Shown one piece after another: positions 10,990-24,100 of a DNA stretch of 64,000 nucleotides. Each line of letters opens with the position of its first letter. The first letter of the stretch is position 1. A model generated the notes under the pieces. It worked only from the letters and a program-made list of their open reading frames with translations, was not told the origin of the DNA and did not search any database. This stretch comes from Tubiluchus corallicola (taxonomy: Eukaryota; Animalia; Priapulida): NCBI GenBank assembly GCA_030141605.1, contig JAQGDQ010000422.1, positions 137,862 through 201,861 on the forward strand, given 5' to 3'. The position numbers and the translations under genes were made by a program.

Positions 10990-11644
10990 AGAAGCACAAG
11001 AAAACCCTCCACTTACATAAAGTTTAAAGAATTCGTCTTGAAATTTTATACGACTTGCATACTGCGTTTTTGCATGCAGGGCTTGCGTCGGCAGTAATGC
11101 TGTATAAAACTTGTAAATCTAAACTCCCGCAATGATCGTTACGCGCAGCCATTTTAATGGTAGGTCATTTGAAACAAGTTTACATAATTTTGGGAGAAGT
11201 TTGAAAAAATAATCAGAGTATGGGCTTAGCACACAGGTTACTAACTAAGTAAAATTTGAAATTACTATATCTTGTCAATAACATTAAAAAATACGTTTTA
11301 TGTTAGTGAGCGGCGCACTCTGGAGAGTGAGCCAGTGACATTTTACCAATTGGCACTAACATTTTAAATTATTTCCAGTTACATGAGTCTTTCCAGGAGG
11401 TAAGCGAAATACTAAGTAATACAGATTTGCATTGAAAGTTTTTGGGACATAATTTAACATTGTCTTTTCCTCCCCTGATTTACGTTTGCGTAGTGACGTC
11501 ATGTAATGGCGACTTCGGAACAGTACTGCGTGAGTATTCCTTTTAAGGCGAGTACGATATATGCATAAAAATGCTGCAAAGTAATATAATTTATAAGGCG
11601 ATACTTCTGAAACCCATTTCAGGCACCCTTTTCTTGTCCTTTAA
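10990..11644 (+). mobile_element. Abundant old dispersed repeat, Kolobok-like (family B)
   Basis: Core aaactcccgcaatgatcgtta..cagccattttaa..tgaaacaagttt shared with at least five other loci in the window; ends cct-ttaa. Boundaries approximate. Confidence 0.6.
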
Positions 11645-13499
11645 ACCCACACTTCTTTTTTCATTTTCATGGTTGTCTCGTGCTTGGTGGACATGATTTT
11701 TTGCTCGTTATTGTTCTAGTTATCTAATTAATGCTCTAGTAATTATCTAGTTAATTGTGAATTTATACTTGTTATGTAACAAGTGTGCAGTAATGTACTG
11801 TATGTACATAATTACGTTAATTTAATTATTTGATTTCGTGACAGTATTACAGCTAGTTATTTGTTAAGTTAAGTTTATTAACGTATTGAAAAAGAGTTTT
11901 TATTCAAATTTCAACGATGCCGTTTTTAAACATGTCTATGTATTTACAGGCCTATACCTACACTCATATTAATTCATATTAAACATTTTTAACTTTAAAT
12001 AAGTGTTCATTCGTAGACTCGTATTACTGAAAATTTCTTGCTTATCTATATGTCTAAATGTTGATGCAAAAGTTACTGTTATGTCTTCAAATAAAATAGT
12101 GCAAACCTGTAAATAATTTTATAAATACGATGCTAAGTGTTAGGCCTATCATAATGTTTAGTAAGCGTTCGTAATACGTAATAAACTCTTAAGCCATTAG
12201 TACATAAGTATATGGACCTATGGCTCTAAAGTTTTTTCTATCCTATTGTTGTAAGTCCAAACATCATTTACTGCTAAGAAATTTCTATTCAAGAGCTTGT
12301 GCAATGGCAGACAAAATATGCAAAAAATTCATGGTGTATGTACATGTAGTTTACTGTATAATTGTAACAATACTCGTACCTTACATTCTTTGTTAAGAAT
12401 GTAATCATGTTGAGAATGTCTGAAGTAACTTTTTGGAGTTCTAGTTAGTTTATTGAAACTGCTAAGTCACTGTATGGTTGTTGATTCGTTTATCTCTTCA
12501 TTTCATTCACCGTTCACTATAAAAGTTTATTAATAGTGCGAGACGAATGACTGAGTGGTTACAGTGTTGGCTTAACGACCAAATTTTTTCTCTGTCTGGT
12601 CAAAAATGGATAGAAAAGTGCTTATCTTTTACTCTGCCACCAGCTATGTACCTCTGATGGGAGATCGTATGCGCATGCATAAGGTTAAAACATAGAATAG
12701 CGTCCATCCTGAAAAGGTTATTGTCTTTAATTATCTCTGTTATTTACGACGCTGGGAGCCATTACGAAAACGTCAAAAAAACCTTTACCAAAATTAACGC
12801 GATGTTTGGGGTTCCTCGGTGCCAGACATTTTGACGCCGCTATAGAAAAAACGCATTAGTACACAGTAGGGCCTATGCTGTCTAAAGGCTTGTGCTAGTT
12901 TATACTCTCGTTGAAAACGTGTCAACGGAATAATAGAAAAGTGCGGTTAATAATTCATTTAATTATAGGACATCTTTTGCACACTATTAGATGCATAACT
13001 CGTGCGCCTTGTGGATTGCGATCATCATGGTAAAATAAGGAAAATTACTAAAACTGCCAAGTTTAACGTTTTTATTATTGTACACTATTATTGGCAATAA
13101 ATATTTCCATCCAAAAGTTAGCAGTTTATTTTTTTAACCGAGAAATTTTTATTGCGCCTGTATAGTACAAAGCTTACACCCCTAAATCTGATATTGCAGG
13201 TCCAGCCAACAAAATTTCCAAAATCCTATACTACGACGCGTCGACGATATACCTCGCGCGTTGTGTCAAGTGTTTCAAACATGCCCTAAACTGACACTTA
13301 ATTTGTGCATGATAGTTAATAATAGTTAATGAAACTAAATAACTGATATTTTATTTACACACATAGCTGTACGGAGAGAAATTTTTTGTTTTCGCGCTAT
13401 TATATTCTCTGATATGTCTTCTGTAAGCTCCCAGTGTAGGCCTATAATTTTTACTTTCTTTGATCATAAGTTTGAGGAACGCAATACAGGGAGTTGAAA

Positions 13500-13625
<126 letters not shown>

Positions 13626-13970
13626 GGAGGGAATAATTATTACCGCTGGATGCATTTGAATCACAAACTAAGCCACAGCTGTGTGCATTACATATACTTT
13701 TAATCTTGACTAGGTTTGACAGATAAATCTTAATGCCCAACATATAAATTCAATGTTGTATATTGTCTAATATACACAATTGCAATAACTGTAAACACAT
13801 ATTTTGAAACAATTTAAAGTGAAATCGCTTTTGGATTCGGCCAAATAATTTTTCTAATCGTGTTTTAATTTGTGAAATTACTTCCAAAATGAACCAAATG
13901 TGAAAAACACAAGTATTTCATTTTCTTATGAAAAACCCCCATATTAATTTTGTTACAGGCACATAAACAC

Positions 13971-14343
13971 ATTTATAATTAAAAACAACACAACTTTATT
14001 AAAAACCTTTAGGTACATTAAAAGTTAAAAGCTGAAATCATGCGAAACGTTTCGACTAACTGTCGCTGTCATCATCAGTGGTAAATTTACAAATATACAA
14101 CCAATTTATATAGGTAGAGCCTATTAAGTAGAGCACTAATTAAGTAGTTAACAGAAGCCATACATGTAATGAATAAATAGACCTGGAGAAAAGAAACTGA
14201 TACATTAACAAATAGCTAAGTGTCTGAAAATAAAGTTAAAGGAATTGAACTACTTTGTACATTAAGAAAAGACTTATTAGGGTACATAGATTAATTTTTA
14301 AATGTAAGTTTTTAATAAAGTTGTGTTGTTTTTAACTATAAAT
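13971..14343 (-). mobile_element. Same element family (copy 2)
   Basis: Homologous to 3767-4301 along its length, with inverted termini. Confidence 0.7.
14041..14083 (-). ncRNA. Minimal type I hammerhead ribozyme motif (degenerate stem I)
   Basis: tacca-CTGATGA-t-gac[agcgacagtta]gtc-GAAAC-GTT-tcgca: both core boxes, stem II and a palindromic stem III are present. Confidence 0.55.
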
Positions 14344-14802
14344 CCCATATTATTATTATTTATAAAAATTTCTTGTAATTGATGACATTTCGAGAACATT
14401 TCTTCTCCTCTAACCGTCGTTAGCAGCAATAAAAAGTGTAAATAACATTGTAGGATTCTTTGAAAAATCACTTGATTTATGCTCACGTCATTGTACATTA
14501 TGGTGACCAATTTTATCAAAATCAAGCGAGAGATGGCAGCACAACAGCTGGGAAACGCAACACGTGTGAACTTCGGCAAGAATCGTTTGCATTTTGTTAT
14601 TTGTTCGCTGTGCAATTGACGCGTAAAGTAAACTGACTTTAGATCTTGCTGTTGTTGATGGGCTAGCTCTCGATTATTAGCTTGTTTAATCAGCAGTTTT
14701 ATGAGATGTTTTTAGTGTCTTGAATAATATACTTCTATGTATCGCAAAGCGTCGAATCATAGCTAGGATAAATTCCAGGTGCTGCCTTCGCTTGAAATAA
14801 TT

Positions 14803-15120
14803 ATGGACCAAAAAGAAAATGTTAAAGGTGCAGGCGATTCTGCGGCGATGTCAGCTGAGAGAAAGCCGTCTCAGGACTGCGTTAAAAGTATCGTATTAAC
14901 TGGTACTGGTGGATATGACAGATTAAAAGTTAGAACGGGTCCGAAACCCAAGTTAAATGAATGTGAAGTATTAGTGCGAGTGAAAGCATGTGGACTAAAT
15001 TTTGCAGAACTTGGTGTTAGACAAGGATTATATGACCGCCCAATTAAACCTCCATGCGTGCTTGGACTGGAATGTTCAGGTATTGTTGAAGAAGTTGGGG
15101 CAGGTGTAACAAAAGCGAAG
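14803..15120 (+). CDS. VAT1: VAT1 (vesicle amine transport 1, MDR quinone-oxidoreductase-like) coding exon 1
   Basis: MDQKE...VLTGTGGYDRLKV...VKACGLNFAELGVRQGLYDR...GLECSGIVEEVG; donor gtaaaa at 15121. Confidence 0.93.
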
Positions 15121-18100
15121 GTAAAACTAATGTACCTTAGTTGCTAAGCTTAGTCTTATAAATATTAATAATCCATTAAAAGTGATGAAAGTTGTCAGTA
15201 GCACCAAACAGGATGTTATAGTATTAAAACAAAAACCAAATGTGGACACATTGCCATATAATATGAATATGAGTAATAGTATAATATTTCATAAACAAAT
15301 GTTACTAAAACTAAAAGCATTTTTGTCTTCGCTATATTTTTAATCTATTTTAAATTTATTTTAATGTACTATTTTCAATATTATCAAATATTTCTATCAC
15401 ATTATCTATCTATCTAGAAGAAATTGCATGATAACAAGGTAACAATAAGTAAATAATTTATTTGTCATTAAATGTTACAAAATAAACATAAACAAAAGCA
15501 AAAAACTAAAATAAAGATGGAAAAGAGACCGGGTGGCGAAAAGACCAAGGGTCACCAGGTCAACCACCCCATCCAAATCGAAGAAAATTAAGTGACCTGT
15601 CAAGTAAGGTATTTACAAATGAAAATAATCAGCAACTTAACAAAAAAGATGAGGCAACAAGTTCAAATGGGTTTAAATTTAGAAACAATAAATAAATTTG
15701 GCAATGAGAAGAGGCAAAATTTAAATTGGTAAACAAAACAGAAAATTTAAATTAAAACCAAGAGACTAATTCCAACACAACAAAAACAAAACTAAAAATT
15801 ACATATAAATCAAAAAACTCAATCCAACATAAGCAAAAAAAATGAAGCAATGTCAAGGTATTATATTTATGACAAAGCCTTTTTTGGGGAATCTACCGAC
15901 ATCGGTGAATTAAAGAGATTTGTTTGAATAAAAAATTAGTAGAACTTTTTAAATACAAACCCTTTCTTTTAAGCACATTAAAAATTTTCTGACCTGATTT
16001 TGACTCTTATATGCTAGCGAATTTGACTGCAATAAAATGGCTGGTTGTAGTATACAATATTTGGAAATGTGTCCGCAGTACTGAATATACAGAATACAGA
16101 ATAATTTATTTGCCTCAACATAATCAACATAGCATTAACAAATGATGTGACTACTAAGAGAGACAGGGTGGCAAAAAGACCGAAAGGTCATTGAGTCTAC
16201 CACCCTTCTACTAATTTAATAACAAAACTCTACTTAGATTAGTACTGTGAGCTACGTAAATTAAACTATAATGTAATTGTAAATTAGATTATTATATTTT
16301 ATCTAAAACATTATTCTTGTATAGCTGCAGTTGTTAGTTAGTAGCGCAAGCATATGTTATACTTGCGTAGCTACAACTACTAGTGATAACAAACCGATTG
16401 TACCTTGTACAGTAACTTAAACATAAATGCTTTTTGATACATAACATTAAACATTGAAACAGAAATATATTATGTTATCTTCCTGTTTTTTTAGCTGCTT
16501 AGTAGTAGTCTGCTTACATTCTGTTTTTTTTTTGTAAAATGATGTGCGAGTATCGTGTTTTACTTTCCGGTATTACGTTAAAGACAAACTGAAAAAAACT
16601 TCAATTAATGCACTTGTGTGATCGCATTTGCAGTTGTACATTAATTTTCTACCTTGGTAGATACTGAATGGTGCTGTAACATTCATGATAGTGACATTCT
16701 GATTTAGTCAAATTTAGTCTTTATGGAACAGACAATTTGCTCAGCTTTTACTGTGACCGACTACTTATATATTTGATTAACCACATTTCTTTCATTCATA
16801 CGTGGTATTATCACTGCAGGCATATACCATATATATATATATATATATACACTGTTAATACGCAAATGTGTCCGGTGCAAAAAATTAAAAACCAAGAGTG
16901 CAGTAGGAGTGCATAAAACACAAGTAATAAAGTCAAAAATAATATAAGCTACAGCAAAATACACCTATCTAAAAAAACTTAAGCACACTTTTACGAATAC
17001 AATCTCATATAAAATAATACATGTCACAGTGGTAATATAAACATGCATCTTGACATAAACACAAGTTACACAAAACCATCTCACGGTACATTATACATAT
17101 ATACATATAATTTTATTAATACCAAAGGTGTTGTTATTTAATTAACTCAGCTTTTCACTTTGCAGAAGTGCAAACACTCAGCACCAGTTTTCATACGCCA
17201 GCATATCCTGCAATTAAAATTTCTTTGTTTACCAAGTAAATTTATTACGCCCAGGCATATTTACAGAGAATGTTGGATATTTACAATATTTACTACGTGT
17301 ACACAAAATTTTAAATTTGATAGAAGTACGCGGTTTCTTACAAGCAAGATAGATTACATACCTGGTGACGTTGTTTGCTTGCTACGTGAAGCATTACTGT
17401 GATTACGAGTGCTGTATTATTTTCGTTTAAATAATGTTTGTTTGCTGGTGTTTCCATTTTTTATTCCCACTTTGTATTAATTGTAATTTGTAATTCAGAT
17501 GTGTTTAAGGCTTCTTTTTTCTAAATATCTTGATGTATGTATGCATATTGTTTATTATGTTGCTTGCCTTTTGTTGTTGCCAAAATTGCGTTCTTTTGCT
17601 TAGATTTTTGCATTTAACTTTATTCTATTATTTTTTGTTTTTAGTTTTTTTGACAGTTTGTACTATTTTTTCTTCTTATTTGATTTTGTTGTCACCATTT
17701 ATTTTTGTTATACCTGTCTGATGAAAGGGCGGGGGACTAGATGACTCTCCTTTATTCCCTCCCTTCCCTGCTCCACGATTACAATTATTTAATATTTGAC
17801 TAAAACTTTTGCTGTAAAATTATATTGGAGAAAATAAATGTTCAATGTCTATGTGATTTGTCAGGCCTGTGAATGTTATGGTTTAGTCACAAGGTGTTTG
17901 GTTACATTTTTGGGACTCCTTATAGGTGATCTATAAACGGCATCATTTGGTTGGTATAAAATGCGCTTGTGGCAGAAATTTCCAAGCGGGCTTATTTCTT
18001 TTACTGAGGGATAACCTGAGCCGGTTAATCCGCCTTTAGCCCTGTCACACACCCACGGAATTCAGATATCAGTCAAACTTAGTCCTGTACGACAATTAAA

Positions 18101-19086
18101 CATGAAAAGTAGTACCTTACAACAAAGCACCGGAACTACTTTTGGCAAAAAATTTTACTTATTGCCAAAAATACATAGATATTAGCAATAATGTATAACT
18201 TATTATATTTATTATTATAGTAATATATAATTTATTAATATTTTATAATATATAAAAACGTGTAGACATTGCCGTTCGGATCATGAATTTGTTATGAATG
18301 CTGGGACTACAAGATATGCAAGGAGAGGTCTGCATGATTTTCTAAATCAAATTTGCTTATTCCTTCAAGGAAAACAGCAATAATATTAATTTGTTACATC
18401 ATAAGACATGTTGTGTGATCACTGATGCTCTCATCTTCATATGAAACCACCATTCTCAATCTTCTTGGAATCAATATTGTTAAAATAATTTGTTGGGAAT
18501 TATGTGCCCAAAGAACATGAAATATTGTGTCGTGTGACGCATTTATTGCGCTATAAATTGCATTCCTAAAAGTCGTGATATCAAAAATTCTGGAATCAAA
18601 GAAAAATGAACGTGGTTCGAGTGAATAATCCTCTGATAATAATAGTATATCTTAGCCAAAATAATTAATTGAAATTTCAGAACCAATGTTCTTTTACTAT
18701 TCAGAGTTTTTAATTATAGTATAAGAATATCTTTTTATCAGGCTGTTACTGCATTCAATAACCCCAAACCCATAAACAGTGCACCAAAGTGAGTAAAAAA
18801 TCTAGGATCCTGTGACTATAATTATATCATGTTAAATTCAATATTAAAAAATAATTCAATTGCATACATTTTACATTAATCAAATGCTGCATAGCCTAAA
18901 TGTAAGAATTTGACATGTAGCACAAAATCAAGCAGGTGGAAAAGCTTTTTTTTAATCATGTTATTTTTTGAAATTAAATAATTTTCAGCTTAAATAAGAT
19001 TGGTCTCACAATAGGCGCATATATGCATATGAGATGGTAACATTGATTTACATATTCGTTCACGATTTACTTTTTCTGTTCACAAG

Positions 19087-19294
19087 GTAGGAGATAGAGT
19101 AATATGTCTAAAGGACTTTGGGTTGTGGACTGAACTAGCCGCCCTGCCAGAACAGCAATGTTTCCCCATGCCAGAGGGGATGACGTTTGAAGAGGGTGCA
19201 GCCATTCCAGTGAACTACGTCACAGCTTATCTGATGTTATTCGATTTTGGGAACCTGCGACAGAAGAAGAGTGTTCTTATTCACATGGCAGCAG
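19087..19294 (+). CDS. VAT1: VAT1 exon 2 (VGDRVICL...MTFEEGAAIPVNYVTAYLMLFDFGNLRQKKSVLIHMAAG)
   Basis: aag acceptor, gtttgt donor, 208 nt, phase 0 to 1. Matches VAT1 VNYITAYMVLFDFGNL..SVLVHMAAG. Confidence 0.94.
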
Positions 19295-19375
19295 GTTTGT
19301 GATGTATTTTTTGTGCTGACCAACTTTTCTAATGAGTGAAAGTCATTTCTGCGGGTAATACTGGGACACAACACC

Positions 19376-19911
19376 AGGGTTGCCACGGTCAGGGAAAATC
19401 CTTGAAAATTCATACTATCCTGGAAAGTCAGGGAAAATGATTAAAATAGGCCGAAAAGTCAGGTAATTTGGAAAGGGTTGCAAAAATAATCACCATGAAC
19501 CGATAGGTTTCCAAACATATTTTTTAGCAATGGTAAAATAAATTTTGCTAGGGCAGGCTCCCAGTTTCGATTTCTGTTCCAAAATAATGATTGGATTAAA
19601 AAAGTTTTTTTAATATGATTAGTATAATTTTGGATGCACTACTGCAACTGTGCCGACACATTATATATCAGTCTATGTATAAATGTCCATAGACAAAAAT
19701 GTTTGAATGTGTATATTGGTAATACAATTTCTGCTTATCTTGCCAACACATTATATATCGGTATATGTATGAATGTCCATACTCAAAAATGTTTGAATAT
19801 GTATACTGGTAATACAATTGCTGCTTATGGAAAATCAATATTTGGTCAGGGAAAATGCATGGAAAAGTCTGGGAAAATTATTTTAAAATTCTGTCAGAAT
19901 TCTGCAACCCA
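19376..19911 (+). mobile_element. Non-autonomous hAT-like element (CAGGGTTGC...GCAACCC) with gtcagggaaaa subterminal repeats and an internal 90-bp tandem duplication
   Basis: Terminal inverted cagggttgc/gcaaccc; repeated cagggaaaa; 19651-19740 duplicated at 19741-19828. Confidence 0.6.
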
Positions 19912-21016
19912 CAAACATAATGTTTTTTTCACTAAAGCCACAGTAATGCATAGTACTTGGCCAAGAACTTTTTTATTTTCATTTTTTGTCTCTTGTTGCA
20001 GTTTTAAAACATTTGGAAGGAATGTATACAAATCCGTATTTCTATTTTCATTAAAGCAGGTGTATAAAAAACTTCATAATACATGAAGTGCATTTCAGGG
20101 CAGCATCCCTTTCTGGATTGTATTACAGCATTCGGTGAGCTTACAGTGTTTTCCTAAACCGCTTAGCTAGGGCATTGCAGATATTTCTTTTTTTGAGCTT
20201 TTGTGTTCTTGCAGTGTCTAAGGATTCACAAACGTCAATATAACTTAAATTAGAGGCTTAGAAACTGTCAAAGTTGCATGGAATGCTGTTTATAAGAGAA
20301 TACTCAATTATAAAAGAAATGAGAGCGTTAGATTGTTTCAGTACTTCTGTAATACAATGCCAACTGAACTATTTAATCTATTTAAGAAAACTTACATTCT
20401 ATAAAAGTCTTACGTCTCACCCAGGTAGATATAGTATCTATCTATGAAATTAATAACTTTTACTTTTTAAACATTGATGACAAACTAATTTGTATGATGC
20501 AATCTCATAATGTCACTGTTCAATGTGCTGTAGCTAAGTTTGTTGGCATTTGTAAAATTTTGCTGTATGGTGCTTGTTGTTGATCTGCCCTATTGGCAAA
20601 AAATCAATAAATTACTATACTATACTACTATGAAATTAATAAGCCAGGTCAATCCCTACGAAATATAAGACACCATTGAACTTGTCTTTTATTAATGTAA
20701 AAAGTCTAGTAGAAAATGAATTTTATAAGGACCTAAACATCAGAAACTTTTATGAGATAACATATTTGTATTGTAATTTATTTTAGATGTGAATTTAATT
20801 GTATTGTAATTTTAGTGATTACTTTTTGTGATGTATTGTATCTTTGATACCAAATAATAAGCTGTAAAAAGAGTTATATCAGTGTCATTTTTCATTATTT
20901 TTTCATCATAGCATCAATTAAACGTCATTTGCCATTTTTTCCTATAAAATTATAAGCGTTGATGACTAATGTGATTTCATGCAGTTTCGTTTTGTTTTAA
21001 GAATTGTCATTTTCAG

Positions 21017-21187
21017 GAGGTGTTGGCTGGGCAGCAACACAGCTCTGCAAAACTGTTCCAGACGTGACCGTTTTCGGCACGGCTTCTGGATTCAAACACA
21101 AGGCAATGCAAGAAAATGGCGTCCACCACGCGATTGACTATCACACAACAGATTACGTTGAAGAAATCCTTAAGATCTCACCTAAAG
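21017..21187 (+). CDS. VAT1: VAT1 exon 3 (GVGWAATQLCKTVPDVTVFGTAS...IDYHTTDYVEEILKISPK)
   Basis: tttcag acceptor, gtatga donor. DYHTTDYV..I.KISPKG fits VAT1 better than VAT1L. Confidence 0.95.
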
Positions 21188-24100
21188 GTATGATTCCTGT
21201 TTGCCTACCTACTGTCTGCTTGATTAGAATTGTGAGTTACAACACTGGGTGTGTAATAGATCCCAAATTGCTATCCTGTTAGAGGTCTATTCACCTGTGA
21301 CAGATATTATTCACCTCTTAATTAAGGTGGCACACCTGCTGAGATATCTTGTCACGAAACAAAATGAACAGCATACGTTGCTCTGCAGGAAGAGTTTTTG
21401 CACAGTATTGTATGAAATGTGGGTGGTGCTGTGCATCTGTGATTTACAAAAGAGGGGGGAAGGCAATTATTGGGCAAATGAAAAAACTGTGGTTTTAAAG
21501 TTCAAGTCCACATTTCGCGAGGTGCAAATATATGATCAGAATAAAGTTTGTTACTATCGAAATTCTGAGTAGTAATTCCGTTTATAAAAAACAAGAACGA
21601 TAAATTTAAAATATGCGCATAGTTATTTTAACCATACACGAACATTTAAGAAGATTTACACTGATTATTTGGAAAAGAACGCTTACATGATAATGGCGAT
21701 GCGAATAAATACAGCTAAGTTTTAGGCAGAGAAAAAATAGAGCGAAATGCTATGTATGAGCCATTGGCTACATTAAGTTAACGACTACATCAAAATGAGC
21801 ATGAGTGAAACAATTTACGTAAATGCTACAGAATACAAATATAATGACTACATTCTGAGAAATGGCTACGAATTATCTTCGGATTAGGAGGAGGCGGTGG
21901 AGTGCTATAACACGATAGTATGACACCCCAAGCTAGCTAGAAAAGTTTTGACAAGATTACAACTATATATGCCTTCTGAGCAGGAAGCCTATATGCAAGT
22001 GATTACAGGGCTAATTGGGAAGGAATCCAAAACTAGTTTACATAGAGTTAAATGTATACTATGAAACAGGTTTGCAAGGGCAGATCTATGCAACCACGAA
22101 TAAACACTTTTACCTGAGTAGTGCCATACTGGCATTGTTCTTGACAAGTTTATCCTATCCAGTTTTTTGCACAATCTGGCATACATCCATTTGTTCACAA
22201 GCTTTACTTTTAAGTTATCTGTTTTCATATATTTACATATGCTGGATTACTGCTACGTTTAAAGTTTTGCTTGCTCATTGTCTGTAATAGACGTAATGAG
22301 CATATGATGATGATGAGTTTTAAAGCAATATTATAGCTATTACATTACCTACTACTGATTTGCACAATCAAACTAATGTACATATATAATTGAGCACACT
22401 ACGAGTGGGAATCCACCATTCAGCAACAGGACCAACTGAGTATTCATGTTCATGACGACACTGAAGCCTGGTTCATTGTCAATGGTAAGCCTCTAAGGTG
22501 AGCCACTGAACCAGTGGAGGCGTCTTAGCCTCTTTCAGATGTAATTTTTTATACATTCTCTTTCAACAAAGTTAAACGGCGAAAAATACGTTTGATACGT
22601 CAATATGACAACACGTATATTATACAGTTTTGACAAAAATACTAAGTCTTTTAAACCACGTTACTCCAGTTGTTTAGAAAATGAAGTTTCTTTGATAAAA
22701 ACCCAAGGCACCTTCAGCTTTCAAGAAGATGCAATGTTCTTTGAACGATTTATAGCCTGAAGAACTTTGGGACTTGCCAAGTAGGTTTTGCAGAATTTCA
22801 TGATCATTCATATTTAATAAAGACACATGTATGAATGATGAAATGTCTGTTAATATTAATTGATCATTAGTATTCTAAACTGGATTTCTCACTTTACCGT
22901 GCCTGGATTTTCTGTCAAATTTAACTTTTGTGCTTTTGACGCTGACCTAAATGTTTTTGGATTTATTAAATAATCAGAGCCACTTTACTAACAATCATTT
23001 TAATCTTTGCTCATTTGTGAAAAGCTGCAAAACAAATTTGAGTTAAAGTTGTATTTTTGGATTTTCCTGATTAAGGCAACACCTCTTCCTTGAATTTTGG
23101 TCCAGTAGTTACTGAGATATGAATTTTTGAAATTTCAGGCAAATGCAAAAGAGTTCAAACATCCCAAAATTTCAAATTGTCATAACTTTTGAACTGGTGG
23201 GCCAATTGACCTAAAAAATTTGAACGTAAACTATTCTCATAAGGCCCAATAACAATGCCAACTTTCGTCGAAATCCGAGACGGTCGGGTGTAGATGATCC
23301 AAAATTTTGGGTGACTTGACATGGAATGACATGGAATAGGGCATTTGTCCTGCCTATACGGAATAGAACAACTCAGACTTGATTTTATTCGAATAACCAA
23401 ATTAGCCATGCAATGTTTGACAGACTTGTGTTTTTGGTTGTCAGGTAGGGAAGGTTGCTTAGAACTTGTACTACTGAGTGACCCTATTGACTAATTAGTT
23501 ACTTAGAAACCTTTCAACTTTCAAGACGCAGATAAGTGAATTGGTTATATAGGCTTTTAAGGGTGGCTTCACTGTTGTAATGCAGATTCTCTTTTCTATG
23601 AGCTTGAGCTGCAGGCTGTATTGTCAGTGTGCGTGCCCAATGACTAGAAGTACATGGCATTTAGCCCAATGGATTCACTTTTCAGAACTTGGCGGCTTTT
23701 GTTTGTAATTAGTTCAGTAGGTAAATGAAGCCATCTTAGATTCACAGGTATGCAGCCTTATTAAGCTGAATGTTAAGCTGCATGAATCATAGGAATGTAC
23801 GTGCTCAATAGCTTGGTTTGATCAGCTGACTTTGTAAACATTAAATGTGACAAATCCGCTAAAGATTTATTTCCTTCTTAGACGTTTCTTATTAAATAGA
23901 ATAGACTAAAGAAAATAGTTCGTGGCAAAATTGATCTACGTATTACTTTGTGTTGATTCTAGTGAATCGAATTTGAATTTTGAAATAGGTTTATTTGTCA
24001 TAAAAAGCATACATGAATACACACTACAACACTGTAGTTACATCAATAAATATGAATGAAAATGTTAGTAAATAAAATTTGGTGTAAAAGAAAAAAGATG

